Source: a virus (taxonomy: Duplodnaviria > Caudoviricetes). Taken from it: 64,000 bases of DNA. The notes beneath the pieces were generated by a model. That model did not search any database, was not told the origin of the DNA, and saw only the letters and a program-made list of their open reading frames with translations. Below are positions 31,601 to 39,833 of this stretch, in pieces (within the stretch, counting starts at the first letter, position 1; each line of letters begins with the position of its first letter). Location: IMG/VR virus record IMGVR_UViG_3300029305_005547, positions 64,001 through 128,000 of that record; one strand, written 5' to 3'. A program made the translations under genes and the position numbers.

Positions 31601-31898
31601 AGTCGATTCAAGATCTACTGAGATTGAAGATTTTATCAGTGCAGTGTTATTCATCTATTTATACGATGAAAAGCATACTATGGATGAAATCAAATCAAAA
31701 CAATTCTTGTCATTTGGTATTTCTTTATTTAGAAAGACAAATTCTAATGATAAGAATATTGCAACTATCAAAAAGACTTTAGATAAATGGGCAGAAGAAA
31801 CAGGTATTCATAATAGATATAAACGTGAACCTACCAGAATTGCTTATAAGAAAGGTATTTATTGGTATATTTTGCTCACAATTCAATCTAATCTATAA
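28611..31898 (+). CDS. Polyvalent multidomain protein: zincin-like HExxH peptidase, GNAT acetyltransferase, Nudix hydrolase and helical C-terminal domain
   Basis: IMHEIGHI..ELNADLYA; ILPKYQRQGYGT..NKKAIRFY; LPGGGWDKGESYEHAALRETKEEA; late-type promoter 28571-28584. Confidence 0.85.
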   Translation: MSIFTESEKNFLSSLGDTDIFIESSKSDRVKVLNKTIEVLESLGFNPKISKPSRVGWINENNSGDFEESLCISLGKLQGLESVCTKVNKEIKPLGGKVSPDNYGTIFLSMKDNVVTESYIGNYFRNKVLLHKLGKNPELNERTIIKFIKNLTLKYEESLLDEDVQKIMKKRDVADYFVPQAELNFPDGMIITFAFCYDKKSLTPGAAFKNDNKDYIVLLYPCFFDCRDMDVNVFTIMHEIGHIRLGHCELKNRSLDPQRRQKVMVKGGVIYTELNADLYASLNGAKMYTILKEGIDKDYDKNYDYRYTNNELSKRYSFVLKNYQKLRPMTESLENTVCEYMAESLKSDYRYENINSINEISDFLKVMKDVFDEDSDMSESAIKKSMKSIYFKNKLIGYVGFSEYNIKGKKYLGIGNFIILPKYQRQGYGTDVIEDIIRTNKDNYDEIYCYVDKDNKKAIRFYDKIAKINKKHLNENGYFYVSLYKESVEDIHDNWCYITESDDKKRTAKTGEFEIEKVEFKVYNDRDYSYVTVKGIDKPLRGRSEVIIMKDDEVYLCFDNDRYRLPGGGWDKGESYEHAALRETKEEAKINCTNIKYCTSRVDVSDGVPDKCKKENIPEEGYWYGYFTKVFIAEYDKKFSGHVDKEDQDPSMVKTGKFYPFEEIKDQLYSEHKEAIEKYLGVSDEVFKEDALDDDAFDMIDVMLEAASDSHIIKDVLYPPIEAVLKTRDGDKLFKRYVEEFIDRNTEKLHEPCPISLIPFTDNDKARFFSLFNLNEKECIKVIGQAADAVSSSANFRLVKQNPIFCVFYLVLRYYIINKDESGINSTLAIHALASYPSVFSKYFKYGANPGIMRYTADHLTEKFIFKQEGHVFGALRKSIEASYKFLKPYFDEATDKEMIRYIQRIRNDQNSLIKKIANEYQKNYKAGKSVSTQNETYDTGALIDDYNNDTSKAETASHSIIISLLTNGIDLRILETASEIAQLSISELRLYLVKILVDSRSTEIEDFISAVLFIYLYDEKHTMDEIKSKQFLSFGISLFRKTNSNDKNIATIKKTLDKWAEETGIHNRYKREPTRIAYKKGIYWYILLTIQSNL

Positions 31899-31979
31899 AA
31901 TATATCTACGTGAAGGTAAATATCCTTCACGTAGATATTTCACATTATATTAATCTTTTATAAAGGAAGGTAATATATA

Positions 31980-32105
31980 ATGAATGAAAATGAATATGAG
32001 GGATCACTATCCGAATTATATGACCAACTTTTAGATGAAGAAGAAGCATATATCAAATCTCAATTAGATTCGCGAAACTACATGAATGACATGGACGGAA
32101 TTTAG
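31980..32105 (+). CDS. 41-aa ORF ending inside element copy 3 (possibly truncated by the insertion)
   Basis: AAAGGAAGG RBS; MNENEYEGSLSELYDQLLDEEEAYIKSQLDSRNYMNDMDGI*; the last codons and TAG come from the element. Confidence 0.5.
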   Translation: MNENEYEGSLSELYDQLLDEEEAYIKSQLDSRNYMNDMDGI

Positions 32106-32175
32106 TTAAGTAAAATTTCTGTAAGTCTCGATATTTCTCGAGACTTACAGATTCTTTATTTAGCTAAATTAGTAA
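32094..32175 (+). repeat. Cassette-head element, copy 3 (one extra T in the core)
   Basis: Ends TAGCTAAATTAGTAA instead of TAGCTAAATAGTAA. Confidence 0.95.
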
Positions 32176-32464
32176 TGTAACATCAGCTCTCAAATGTAGA
32201 ATTGCGTCATTTTATAATCAAATTACTGCAATGAATCCAAATATAAAATATACATTATCACTAAATTTTCTGCCTTCAACATGTTTGTATATATTTATAT
32301 CATGTAATAACTTATATTATACTGAAGTGGTATTGCTTGCTAATTACTGGAGGTCAACATTTGGTAATGGGTATTATATTGATTTCACATATGATGGTAA
32401 TGCATATGAAATAACTGCTGTAAGTAATGTGACACGCAGATTTCATATTTTTACGTCAAATTAA
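32171..32464 (+). CDS. Tail-fibre tip cassette 3 (frame SNVTSALKCRIASFYNQITAMNPN...; ORF-track start 32231)
   Basis: Open frame continues from AGT-AAT of the element; beta-rich, aromatic-rich sequence. Confidence 0.6.
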   Translation, partial: SNVTSALKCRIASFYNQITAMNPNIKYTLSLNFLPSTCLYIFISCNNLYYTEVVLLANYWRSTFGNGYYIDFTYDGNAYEITAVSNVTRRFHIFTSN

Positions 32465-32508
32465 AATGATAAGAAAGATATCAGGATTCTGATGTCTTTC
32501 TTATTTTT

Positions 32509-33243
32509 ATGCATATATTATTTTTATGTATAATAATAAACTCTGGAGGTACAAAAGTTATGCAAAAAATTATTTTCCAATCATTACGTGAACCGCTTGA
32601 TATTTTAAAAGCGAAATTCATTCCTTCCCAAGCAGATTCATGCCCGTCTACAAAAACTGAACGTAAAGTAATACCAGTTCCAGGTGGTCAATTTTACGCA
32701 ACTATGCAAGAATATAATATCAAAAGAGATATGCAATGTGCTATGTTTATGTGTCCTTGTTGCTTTGAAGTTTTTGTTGTTCAAATGGAGTATTCAATAA
32801 ATATCAATGCTGTAAACTTAACACGAGGCTTAAAATTAGATTTTGGTCATATTCTTAAAGTGTTTGCAGATGAAGGATGTCCTGAGTGTAATGAAGAAGT
32901 TGAATTTGTGAAATTAGATCCTAATATTGCTTCTACAATTTCGATATTAAATCAGAAAGGTTATTATACAGCTTTTTGTTGTGAACACCATTTTGGTGAA
33001 GACTGTGGTTCATCTTCTCCATATGTTGCATTTAAAAATACTGACATATTTGATTACCTTGATTATTTACCAGACTCGTGGTATCCGGATTTTGAAAGCT
33101 ATAAATTATATGGTACCCCTGTATTAAGGGCAACTACGCCTAGAAATCCTTATGAATTAAAGGAAACAATTTTTGAATTGTTAGATTTTGTAAGGCAACT
33201 TCCAATTTCTAAAACACTAAGTAGTAAATTACAAGTACAATAA
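32509..33243 (+). CDS. Cys-rich putative zinc-binding protein (likely start ATG 32560)
   Basis: CPCC, CPEC and CCEHH motifs; GGAGG RBS; early-type motif 32514. Confidence 0.65.
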   Translation: MHILFLCIIINSGGTKVMQKIIFQSLREPLDILKAKFIPSQADSCPSTKTERKVIPVPGGQFYATMQEYNIKRDMQCAMFMCPCCFEVFVVQMEYSININAVNLTRGLKLDFGHILKVFADEGCPECNEEVEFVKLDPNIASTISILNQKGYYTAFCCEHHFGEDCGSSSPYVAFKNTDIFDYLDYLPDSWYPDFESYKLYGTPVLRATTPRNPYELKETIFELLDFVRQLPISKTLSSKLQVQ

Positions 33244-33346
33244 TTTAGATAAAAGAGTATACTTTTTAAGGTGTACTCTTTTATTTTTTCCTTTCTTATG
33301 CTCTAAAAGACATTCAAGTAATAATCTTACAGAAAGGAAAAATGAT

Positions 33347-35458
33347 ATGAAAAGTCCTTTTTTAGAATTCTATAAAGCAGATGCAGTAGATGCTTTGTTA
33401 GATATTAACCCTGAATGGGATAGAGATGAAGTAGATGAAATTGTGGAAAAGGAAATGAAAAAATCATTTTCAAATCCATCAGTTGTAATAGATAATAATT
33501 TTAAAAGAGAAACACAAAGTTCGACATTACTCACAATAATGGATTGGGCTATAGATAAAGAGCCTCTTATTGCGGGTAATGGTACTTTTTATAAAAATCA
33601 ACATCAAGCAGCAAATCCTATTGCTAATATGCTTGATGGTATGTTAAAACGAAGAAAAGCTTTAAAGAAAGAAATGTTTAAAGTTGAAGATAAAACAAGC
33701 CAGCGATATAAAGATCTCGATTTGGCACAACAAATTCAGAAGATAAATGCGAATAGCTACTACGGTGCTAGTGGTATGCCAGCATCTGCATTTTTTAGTA
33801 AATGGTCTGGTGGATGTACCACAGGTTCTTGCCAATCTGTTATTAGTACTTGCTATTCAACATTTGAAGCTTTTATTGCAGATAATTTTGTTTTTATGGA
33901 TATTAATGAATGCTTTAATTGGTTAAAAGTAGTAAGAGAACAAATAGCATTGGATCCAGAAACAGTATCGTGGTTGAAACCACATACAAAAAGAGATGTT
34001 TACGAAAAATTAAAAGGTATGTTTTTTCATTGGAAAGACTCTTATGAAGATATGCTTTGGAAATATGTATGTAATTTAGATGATAATGAAATCAATAGAA
34101 TTTATTATCGTAATAGATTACAGGAATTTACAGAAGATCATAAATATGTAATTGAACTTAATAAACGTATTTTGGATAATGTAAATATTTATCCAGTTCT
34201 TCCAAAAAAACTAGCTGAAAAGAAAGATGGATCTTGGGAAAAGGAAATCCCTCAAGAGTTTGTTGGAAAATTTTTAAGTGGTTTGGATTATAATTCGTTT
34301 GCTTGTAAAGAAGCATTCATGGATCCAAATGATATTCCCAAGAGTGTTGAAAAGGAGGTTAAAGAATTAGGTGCTTTATATATGAAATATGTATATACAC
34401 AATATCTAGTCTTTGACCGTATTTACAGACTTAAAAACTTTGGAAGAAAAACAGTAATGGTTATAGATACAGACTCAAACATTTTAGCACTTGATGAATG
34501 GATTGAGTTTGTTTTCGATAAATTTGCAAAATTGTCTGATAAACCTAAGGAAAATATTGAGTTTATTTTGATAAATACAATCACATATACGCTTACTCAG
34601 GTAGTAACAGACATACTTCTATTTTATGGTAAGTGCTCTAATATACCTGAAGAATTTAGAGGACGATATGCTATGAAGAATGAATTCTTTATGAGAAGAT
34701 TAATTATCTCTGAAGTAAAGAAAAGATACATGTCATTATTTAAACTTAGAGAAGGTAATTTACTTAATCCTCCTAAGACCGATATCAAGGGATTTGATTT
34801 TAAAAAGTCAGCTACATCTGATGTTTGTGAGGAAATATTTACAAGATTATCAGAAGATTATTTATTAAAAGCTGAAGAAATCGATGTTAAAGGTCTTAGA
34901 AATGAATTAATGGAACTTCAAAAAACTATCATGGAAGACATTCAGTGTGGTAATTTAACTTATTTACCAAATGCTAATGCTAAAGAATTAGCAGCGTATG
35001 CTGAACCTGGAAGTGAACAATCTGTACGAGGAGTAATTGCTTGGAATTTATTAAATCCTGAAAGCCAGATAGAACTTCCTTCTAAAGTAAAATTACTTAA
35101 GCTTATGATATTTAAAGAAGAAGACATTGAACCTCTTAGAAGAACTAATCCAGATATTCATAAAATTATTATTGATGAAATATTCAATGATACATCTGGA
35201 ATATTTGTAACCAAGAGTGTTAAAAATGGAAAAGTTAATATCAAATCAAAAGGAATGCAAGTGTTAGCAATACCCAATAATGCTTCAATTCCAGATTGGG
35301 TAAAACCATATATTGACTATACAAATGTAATTGGTTCTATTATGGCACCATACAAATCTGTAACTGACCTTCTTAAAATAAACTGTGTAAGTACAGGATA
35401 TAAAAAGAATGGTATTAATAGAGAAACAGAATCATTTACAAATATAATCACATTTTAA
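33347..35458 (+). CDS. Family B DNA polymerase, C-terminal half of a split enzyme
   Basis: KINANSYYG (motif B), IDTDS (motif C), KKRY, KGFDFKKS; no exonuclease domain or motif A. Confidence 0.88.
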   Translation: MKSPFLEFYKADAVDALLDINPEWDRDEVDEIVEKEMKKSFSNPSVVIDNNFKRETQSSTLLTIMDWAIDKEPLIAGNGTFYKNQHQAANPIANMLDGMLKRRKALKKEMFKVEDKTSQRYKDLDLAQQIQKINANSYYGASGMPASAFFSKWSGGCTTGSCQSVISTCYSTFEAFIADNFVFMDINECFNWLKVVREQIALDPETVSWLKPHTKRDVYEKLKGMFFHWKDSYEDMLWKYVCNLDDNEINRIYYRNRLQEFTEDHKYVIELNKRILDNVNIYPVLPKKLAEKKDGSWEKEIPQEFVGKFLSGLDYNSFACKEAFMDPNDIPKSVEKEVKELGALYMKYVYTQYLVFDRIYRLKNFGRKTVMVIDTDSNILALDEWIEFVFDKFAKLSDKPKENIEFILINTITYTLTQVVTDILLFYGKCSNIPEEFRGRYAMKNEFFMRRLIISEVKKRYMSLFKLREGNLLNPPKTDIKGFDFKKSATSDVCEEIFTRLSEDYLLKAEEIDVKGLRNELMELQKTIMEDIQCGNLTYLPNANAKELAAYAEPGSEQSVRGVIAWNLLNPESQIELPSKVKLLKLMIFKEEDIEPLRRTNPDIHKIIIDEIFNDTSGIFVTKSVKNGKVNIKSKGMQVLAIPNNASIPDWVKPYIDYTNVIGSIMAPYKSVTDLLKINCVSTGYKKNGINRETESFTNIITF

Positions 35459-35470
35459 TGAGGTGATAAA

Positions 35471-35707
35471 ATGACAGAATATGAAAAAGTTAAATCTTTA
35501 TTAGATGAACTTAAAATTCCATATGAAGAAAAAGATGCAGATTATTGGAAGAATAGTGTAACTATTCCAGATAAAGAAGATATAATAAAAGAATTGAATG
35601 AAACAGGTGCTAAAGGATTAGAAGTTACATTAACGTTAGGATTTGGTTTTTGCAATATTCTCTTTACGAGAAATACTGAAAGGTTTATTGCTGTAGAAAC
35701 TGATTAA
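35471..35707 (+). CDS. Hypothetical protein
   Basis: 78 aa, GAGGTG RBS, followed by hairpin terminator 35711-35743. Confidence 0.65.
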   Translation: MTEYEKVKSLLDELKIPYEEKDADYWKNSVTIPDKEDIIKELNETGAKGLEVTLTLGFGFCNILFTRNTERFIAVETD

Positions 35708-35800
35708 TAGAAATAGGAGATGATTTTGTTTCATCTCCTATTTATTTTTTGTGGAAAATGCAACAAAAAATTCGACAAAATTCGACATTTACTTAGATAT

Positions 35801-35881
35801 GACGGAATTTAGTTAAGTAAGTTTTCTGTAAGTCTCGATATTTCTCGAGACTTACAGATTCTTTATTTAGCTAAATAGTAA
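35801..35881 (+). repeat. Cassette-head element, copy 4
   Basis: Variant ...AAGTAAGTTTTCTG...TCGAGACTTACAGATTCTTTATTTAGCTAAATAGTAA. Confidence 0.97.
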
Positions 35882-36428
35882 TGGACCTAGTAGTGGTTGT
35901 ATGCGTTCTCTTGAAGATCAATACGTTTTAAAAATACAAGATGATAGTAATCTTGTAGTGTATAAAGTAAGTGATGATACAGTTGCATGGTCATCTAATT
36001 ATCATACACATAGTTATTTATCATTAGCAGGTGGTACATTAACTGGAACTATTTCAACTAGAGGTATTCAACCTTCTACTACAGCTACATATTCATTAGG
36101 CACAACACAATATATGTGGTCTGGAGTATGTTCTAAATACTTCTATTCTATTGGCACTGACACTGGGGTATATGCACAAATATATCCTGCTACATTAGGT
36201 ACAACAAGTACTGTTGGTAAAGCATATGTTCATGTTGGTAATAATACAGCGTCAGGTACTGCTAAGAATGCTAGAGGATATTTAAGATTATTTGGTTCAT
36301 CATCAGGATATACAGATATTCAAACAGGATATAACTCTACATCAAATATTACACTTACACTTCCTAGTAAAACAGGTACTATTCCTATTGTATCTTTATC
36401 TGGTACAACTTTAACTATTACTACTTAG
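35871..36428 (+). CDS. Tail-fibre tip cassette 4 with bulb-type-lectin-like motif (ORF-track start 35901)
   Basis: LNSNGPSSGC..IQDDSNLVVY..AWSSN, HTH, YLSLAGGTLTG; ends LSGTTLTITT. Confidence 0.8.
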   Translation, partial: LNSNGPSSGCMRSLEDQYVLKIQDDSNLVVYKVSDDTVAWSSNYHTHSYLSLAGGTLTGTISTRGIQPSTTATYSLGTTQYMWSGVCSKYFYSIGTDTGVYAQIYPATLGTTSTVGKAYVHVGNNTASGTAKNARGYLRLFGSSSGYTDIQTGYNSTSNITLTLPSKTGTIPIVSLSGTTLTITT

Positions 36429-36439
36429 GAGGTATAAAT

Positions 36440-37033
36440 ATGGCTATTGTTATGAATGGAACTACTATACCTACTAAAAAAGGTAATATTAAATTTAATG
36501 GTACCGAAATTACAGAGGTTATTTGTAATGGAACATCTGTATGGAAAGTAGTATCAGACCCTATTTATATAGTAAAAGATGGTGTGTTACAAGATACTAT
36601 AGCTCCTAATCCATCATATCAGGCACCAGGACACTCATTATCATACGGTAACTGGTTACTTAGTGCAACTGATCCTTTATGGGGAGTTGGTGGTCATACT
36701 AATGGTTCAACCGTATCTGTATGGTATGCTAAAACTGGATCTATAAATACTGAAGGTGCATCAACATTAGACATATCTGTTAGAGTTGCATGTGATGGTG
36801 ATGCATATGCAAAAAATATAAGAACTATTGTAAAAAGCGGTTCTACAGAAATTTTTTCAAAAAATGAAGTTTATGATGTGGTAACTAACTATTCGTGTTT
36901 ATTTTGGGATAGATTTAGTTATTCAGTCGACATTTCAAAATATTCAACTATAGAAATAATTATAGAATCAAATTCTACCAGCAGCTCTAATGCATGGATA
37001 CGAATTGGTGTTGAAAGTGCTGTTATGAAATAA
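36440..37033 (+). CDS. Putative fibre-tip adhesin/receptor-binding protein, partner of cassette 4
   Basis: N-terminus MAIVMNGTTIPT..ITEVICNGTSVWK shared with the other partner genes; GGAGG RBS overlapping the fibre stop. Confidence 0.7.
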   Translation: MAIVMNGTTIPTKKGNIKFNGTEITEVICNGTSVWKVVSDPIYIVKDGVLQDTIAPNPSYQAPGHSLSYGNWLLSATDPLWGVGGHTNGSTVSVWYAKTGSINTEGASTLDISVRVACDGDAYAKNIRTIVKSGSTEIFSKNEVYDVVTNYSCLFWDRFSYSVDISKYSTIEIIIESNSTSSSNAWIRIGVESAVMK

Positions 37034-37076
37034 TAATGGTTAGTTATAAAGATAAATGCGAGTAAGGGAATTTCCC

Positions 37077-38336
37077 TTACTCACATTTATATTCTTTATC
37101 AGCAGGTTTATCTGCAATACCTGTCTTATTAAATTCATTTACTGTCTGTTTAATAATATACAACAAAATAGGTGTAATGAAGAACATTTCCAAATTTGCA
37201 TCTAATTGTATAAGTTCGTCATTAAGAGACAGATCAATATCATAAATATTCAAAGGAGATTCATTTCGAATAAACTTCTGAATAAGTTTAAGATACTTTG
37301 ATTTAGTAGGTCCGTTAAGTCTTATAGTTTCTACCGTAACTTGTGGTAAAATATTATATACTTCTTCACTAAGACCATCTATAACACCACCCGGAAGATC
37401 TACAACTTTAATCGATTCATCTCCCCATCTACAGAATGCTGACTCTTGTCGGGCCATACCTTTAAATAAAGTATATGGAAATGTCTTAATAAGTTCAACA
37501 TCACGTCTTTCAAAAAATCTGAAAATACTTCTTTCATATTTAAGTTTCTTTTTATTATCAGCTATCTGATCTGCTTCAAGATAAACAGTTTCAAGAGAAT
37601 TCTTCTTTTTGAATAACTCATGGTTATTAATAAAAGAACACATAAAAGGATCATATATTCTAAAACCACCAGGAAGTTCTCCGATGATTGCATTGTATCT
37701 TTCATCATAGAAAATTGAAATATATAATGAAACCATATCCGAAAACATCTTATCCACTTTATCAAGTTGCTCTTTGAAATCTTCTTGAATAATACATTTA
37801 TTTTCAGATCCAATATTTTCAAGCACACAAGTATATTTATCATATACTTGGTCATTTAAACTTTTTGCTTTATCATCATCGATAGAATCTAATTTGAATG
37901 AGAACTTATAAAAATTATCAGATCTCATTGTATCGTAAAAAATTTCAGTTAATCTGAATAATACATTACCGCCTACATATGAAATTACAAAGTAATCATT
38001 AGGAAGTGGTTTTATTGTGTTGGGAAGAATTGTAGCTTCTCCTTCATATGAAGAATCAATACCTACCTCAGTTTCCTGTAATTGAGCAACTATTTGTTCT
38101 AATCCATAAATTGGAAAACTTTTGATTTGTTGATATTTGAGAGGAGAATTTTTCCCAACTACTGTATCGACATCCATAAAACCAGCATCTGTTGTAGATT
38201 CATCCATATTAATATGATAATATGTAACAAATGTAGGGGTCTGATCTATAAAACGTGTAATAGGACTTTGTATTCTTTCGTCCAACTTAGCAACACTTTC
38301 ATCAATGAATCTTTCTTCATTTATAAAAAAAGCCAT
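37077..38336 (-). CDS. Putative virion structural protein (neck/head-completion candidate)
   Basis: 419 aa, GGAGG RBS, GACA-N6-TAAG motif at 38363-38376. Confidence 0.5.
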   Translation of the reverse strand: MAFFINEERFIDESVAKLDERIQSPITRFIDQTPTFVTYYHINMDESTTDAGFMDVDTVVGKNSPLKYQQIKSFPIYGLEQIVAQLQETEVGIDSSYEGEATILPNTIKPLPNDYFVISYVGGNVLFRLTEIFYDTMRSDNFYKFSFKLDSIDDDKAKSLNDQVYDKYTCVLENIGSENKCIIQEDFKEQLDKVDKMFSDMVSLYISIFYDERYNAIIGELPGGFRIYDPFMCSFINNHELFKKKNSLETVYLEADQIADNKKKLKYERSIFRFFERRDVELIKTFPYTLFKGMARQESAFCRWGDESIKVVDLPGGVIDGLSEEVYNILPQVTVETIRLNGPTKSKYLKLIQKFIRNESPLNIYDIDLSLNDELIQLDANLEMFFITPILLYIIKQTVNEFNKTGIADKPADKEYKCE

Positions 38337-38452
38337 TATATCTGACCTCCGTTTCTATTTTACTTATAAGAATGTCATTTGATTATATTATGCTTAGTTA
38401 ATGAAGAGATATATTATTTATTTAGAATTATTAGAAAGATGGTGATGTATTA

Positions 38453-38791
38453 ATGGGAATGGGTAAAAGAAAAGATCCTTTTTGCGTGTTTAGTAAAATA
38501 ACAGAAGAAGAAAATTATCCATTATATCAACATAGAGTAGATATATTGGATCTAAGGGATGATATTGTTCATAGAACAGATAATGCATATGATAAAATTA
38601 AAAAAGATAAAAATATTGATTATATTACATTACTTACAACTCTACAAGATTTATATTCTTCATTAGGTGATGTAAACCATCATAACGAAATTAAAGAAGA
38701 ATATGATAAAATGAGGTTACGTGTTTCAAGTCATTTACTATTTAGAGAAGCGCATATTTTAAAATGGAATAGAATAGAGGAGTGGTTTTGA
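38453..38791 (+). CDS. Hypothetical protein
   Basis: 112 aa; early-type motif 38410. Confidence 0.6.
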   Translation: MGMGKRKDPFCVFSKITEEENYPLYQHRVDILDLRDDIVHRTDNAYDKIKKDKNIDYITLLTTLQDLYSSLGDVNHHNEIKEEYDKMRLRVSSHLLFREAHILKWNRIEEWF

Positions 38792-38792
38792 T

Positions 38793-39392
38793 ATGGGAGT
38801 TAATATACAAATGATGGATACAACAAGTTTAATGCCTGGAATTAAAATGGTAATGAATAGTATTTATGGAGTTATGAATGATGCATTATGTTTAGATACA
38901 ACATCTCAAATGAAGTATTTAAGTGATTCTGATTTTGATAGAAATGACGAAACTTATAATATGACTATGCAAGATATGAGAGGATTTAACGAACATAATT
39001 TACCAGTTGATAATATTAGAAGTAAAGAATCATTATATTTTGAATTATTTATCAAACGAGAAAGCCATTCAGAATTAGATTTAGATGAAATATTTAGTGA
39101 AGTTACTGAAGACTATAATAATGATGACTTATTTGAAGATGAAATAGAATATTTGCTCAGTCCTATTTATTCATTTTCGTCTTCGAATCCTAGATTACAT
39201 CTGTGTGGTGATTGTGAAAGTGATTATTCATTTATGAATATAGACCATTCATATAATAGAACTATATTGGAAGATAGTTGTAAAATAGTACGTAGAGAAA
39301 AGGAAGCAAAAATCTTTCAAGAAGTTTTTAATAGACGTTTACAGTCAAAATCTAAAGGTTCTTTTGGTATATATAAAATCAATATTGTATAA
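38793..39392 (+). CDS. Hypothetical protein
   Basis: 199 aa, directly abuts the upstream ORF. Confidence 0.6.
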   Translation: MGVNIQMMDTTSLMPGIKMVMNSIYGVMNDALCLDTTSQMKYLSDSDFDRNDETYNMTMQDMRGFNEHNLPVDNIRSKESLYFELFIKRESHSELDLDEIFSEVTEDYNNDDLFEDEIEYLLSPIYSFSSSNPRLHLCGDCESDYSFMNIDHSYNRTILEDSCKIVRREKEAKIFQEVFNRRLQSKSKGSFGIYKINIV

Positions 39393-39431
39393 AAAAATAA
39401 GAGGTGATAATTATATTATCACCTCTTAAAT

Positions 39432-39731
39432 TTAATCGTCATTCTCATCATTGAAAGCAAGCTTGTCAATATCTATTTTTGCATATCGTTTACCCTTACT
39501 TTCTTTTTTCTTTTTCTTCTTCTCGTGTTTAGCGAGACGTTTCGTAATAGCAAGCTTATCTTCAGGATGAATTACTTCACCGGAAATAGCATCTGCAAGA
39601 TTTCTAGGTTTTCCGTTAGAGTAAGTACCAAATAATGCTTTTTGCAAATTCGCATTCTCTGAGATATGTTCTTCAGCTTTCTTCAATACTTCTCCACCAA
39701 CTGATACAACGTCTTTTAAATTAATGCCCAT
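39432..39731 (-). CDS. Hypothetical basic protein
   Basis: 99 aa with poly-Lys tract; AGGAAGGA RBS; early-type motif 39763-39770. Confidence 0.65.
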   Translation of the reverse strand: MGINLKDVVSVGGEVLKKAEEHISENANLQKALFGTYSNGKPRNLADAISGEVIHPEDKLAITKRLAKHEKKKKKKESKGKRYAKIDIDKLAFNDENDD

Positions 39732-39833
39732 GGGAATCCTTCCTTTCTTTTATTCTAAATAAATAATATATCACTTAAATCTAAAAGTTTCAGTTGATAT
39801 AAAATTGGCTTGAAAACAATAGTTTAAGGCAGA

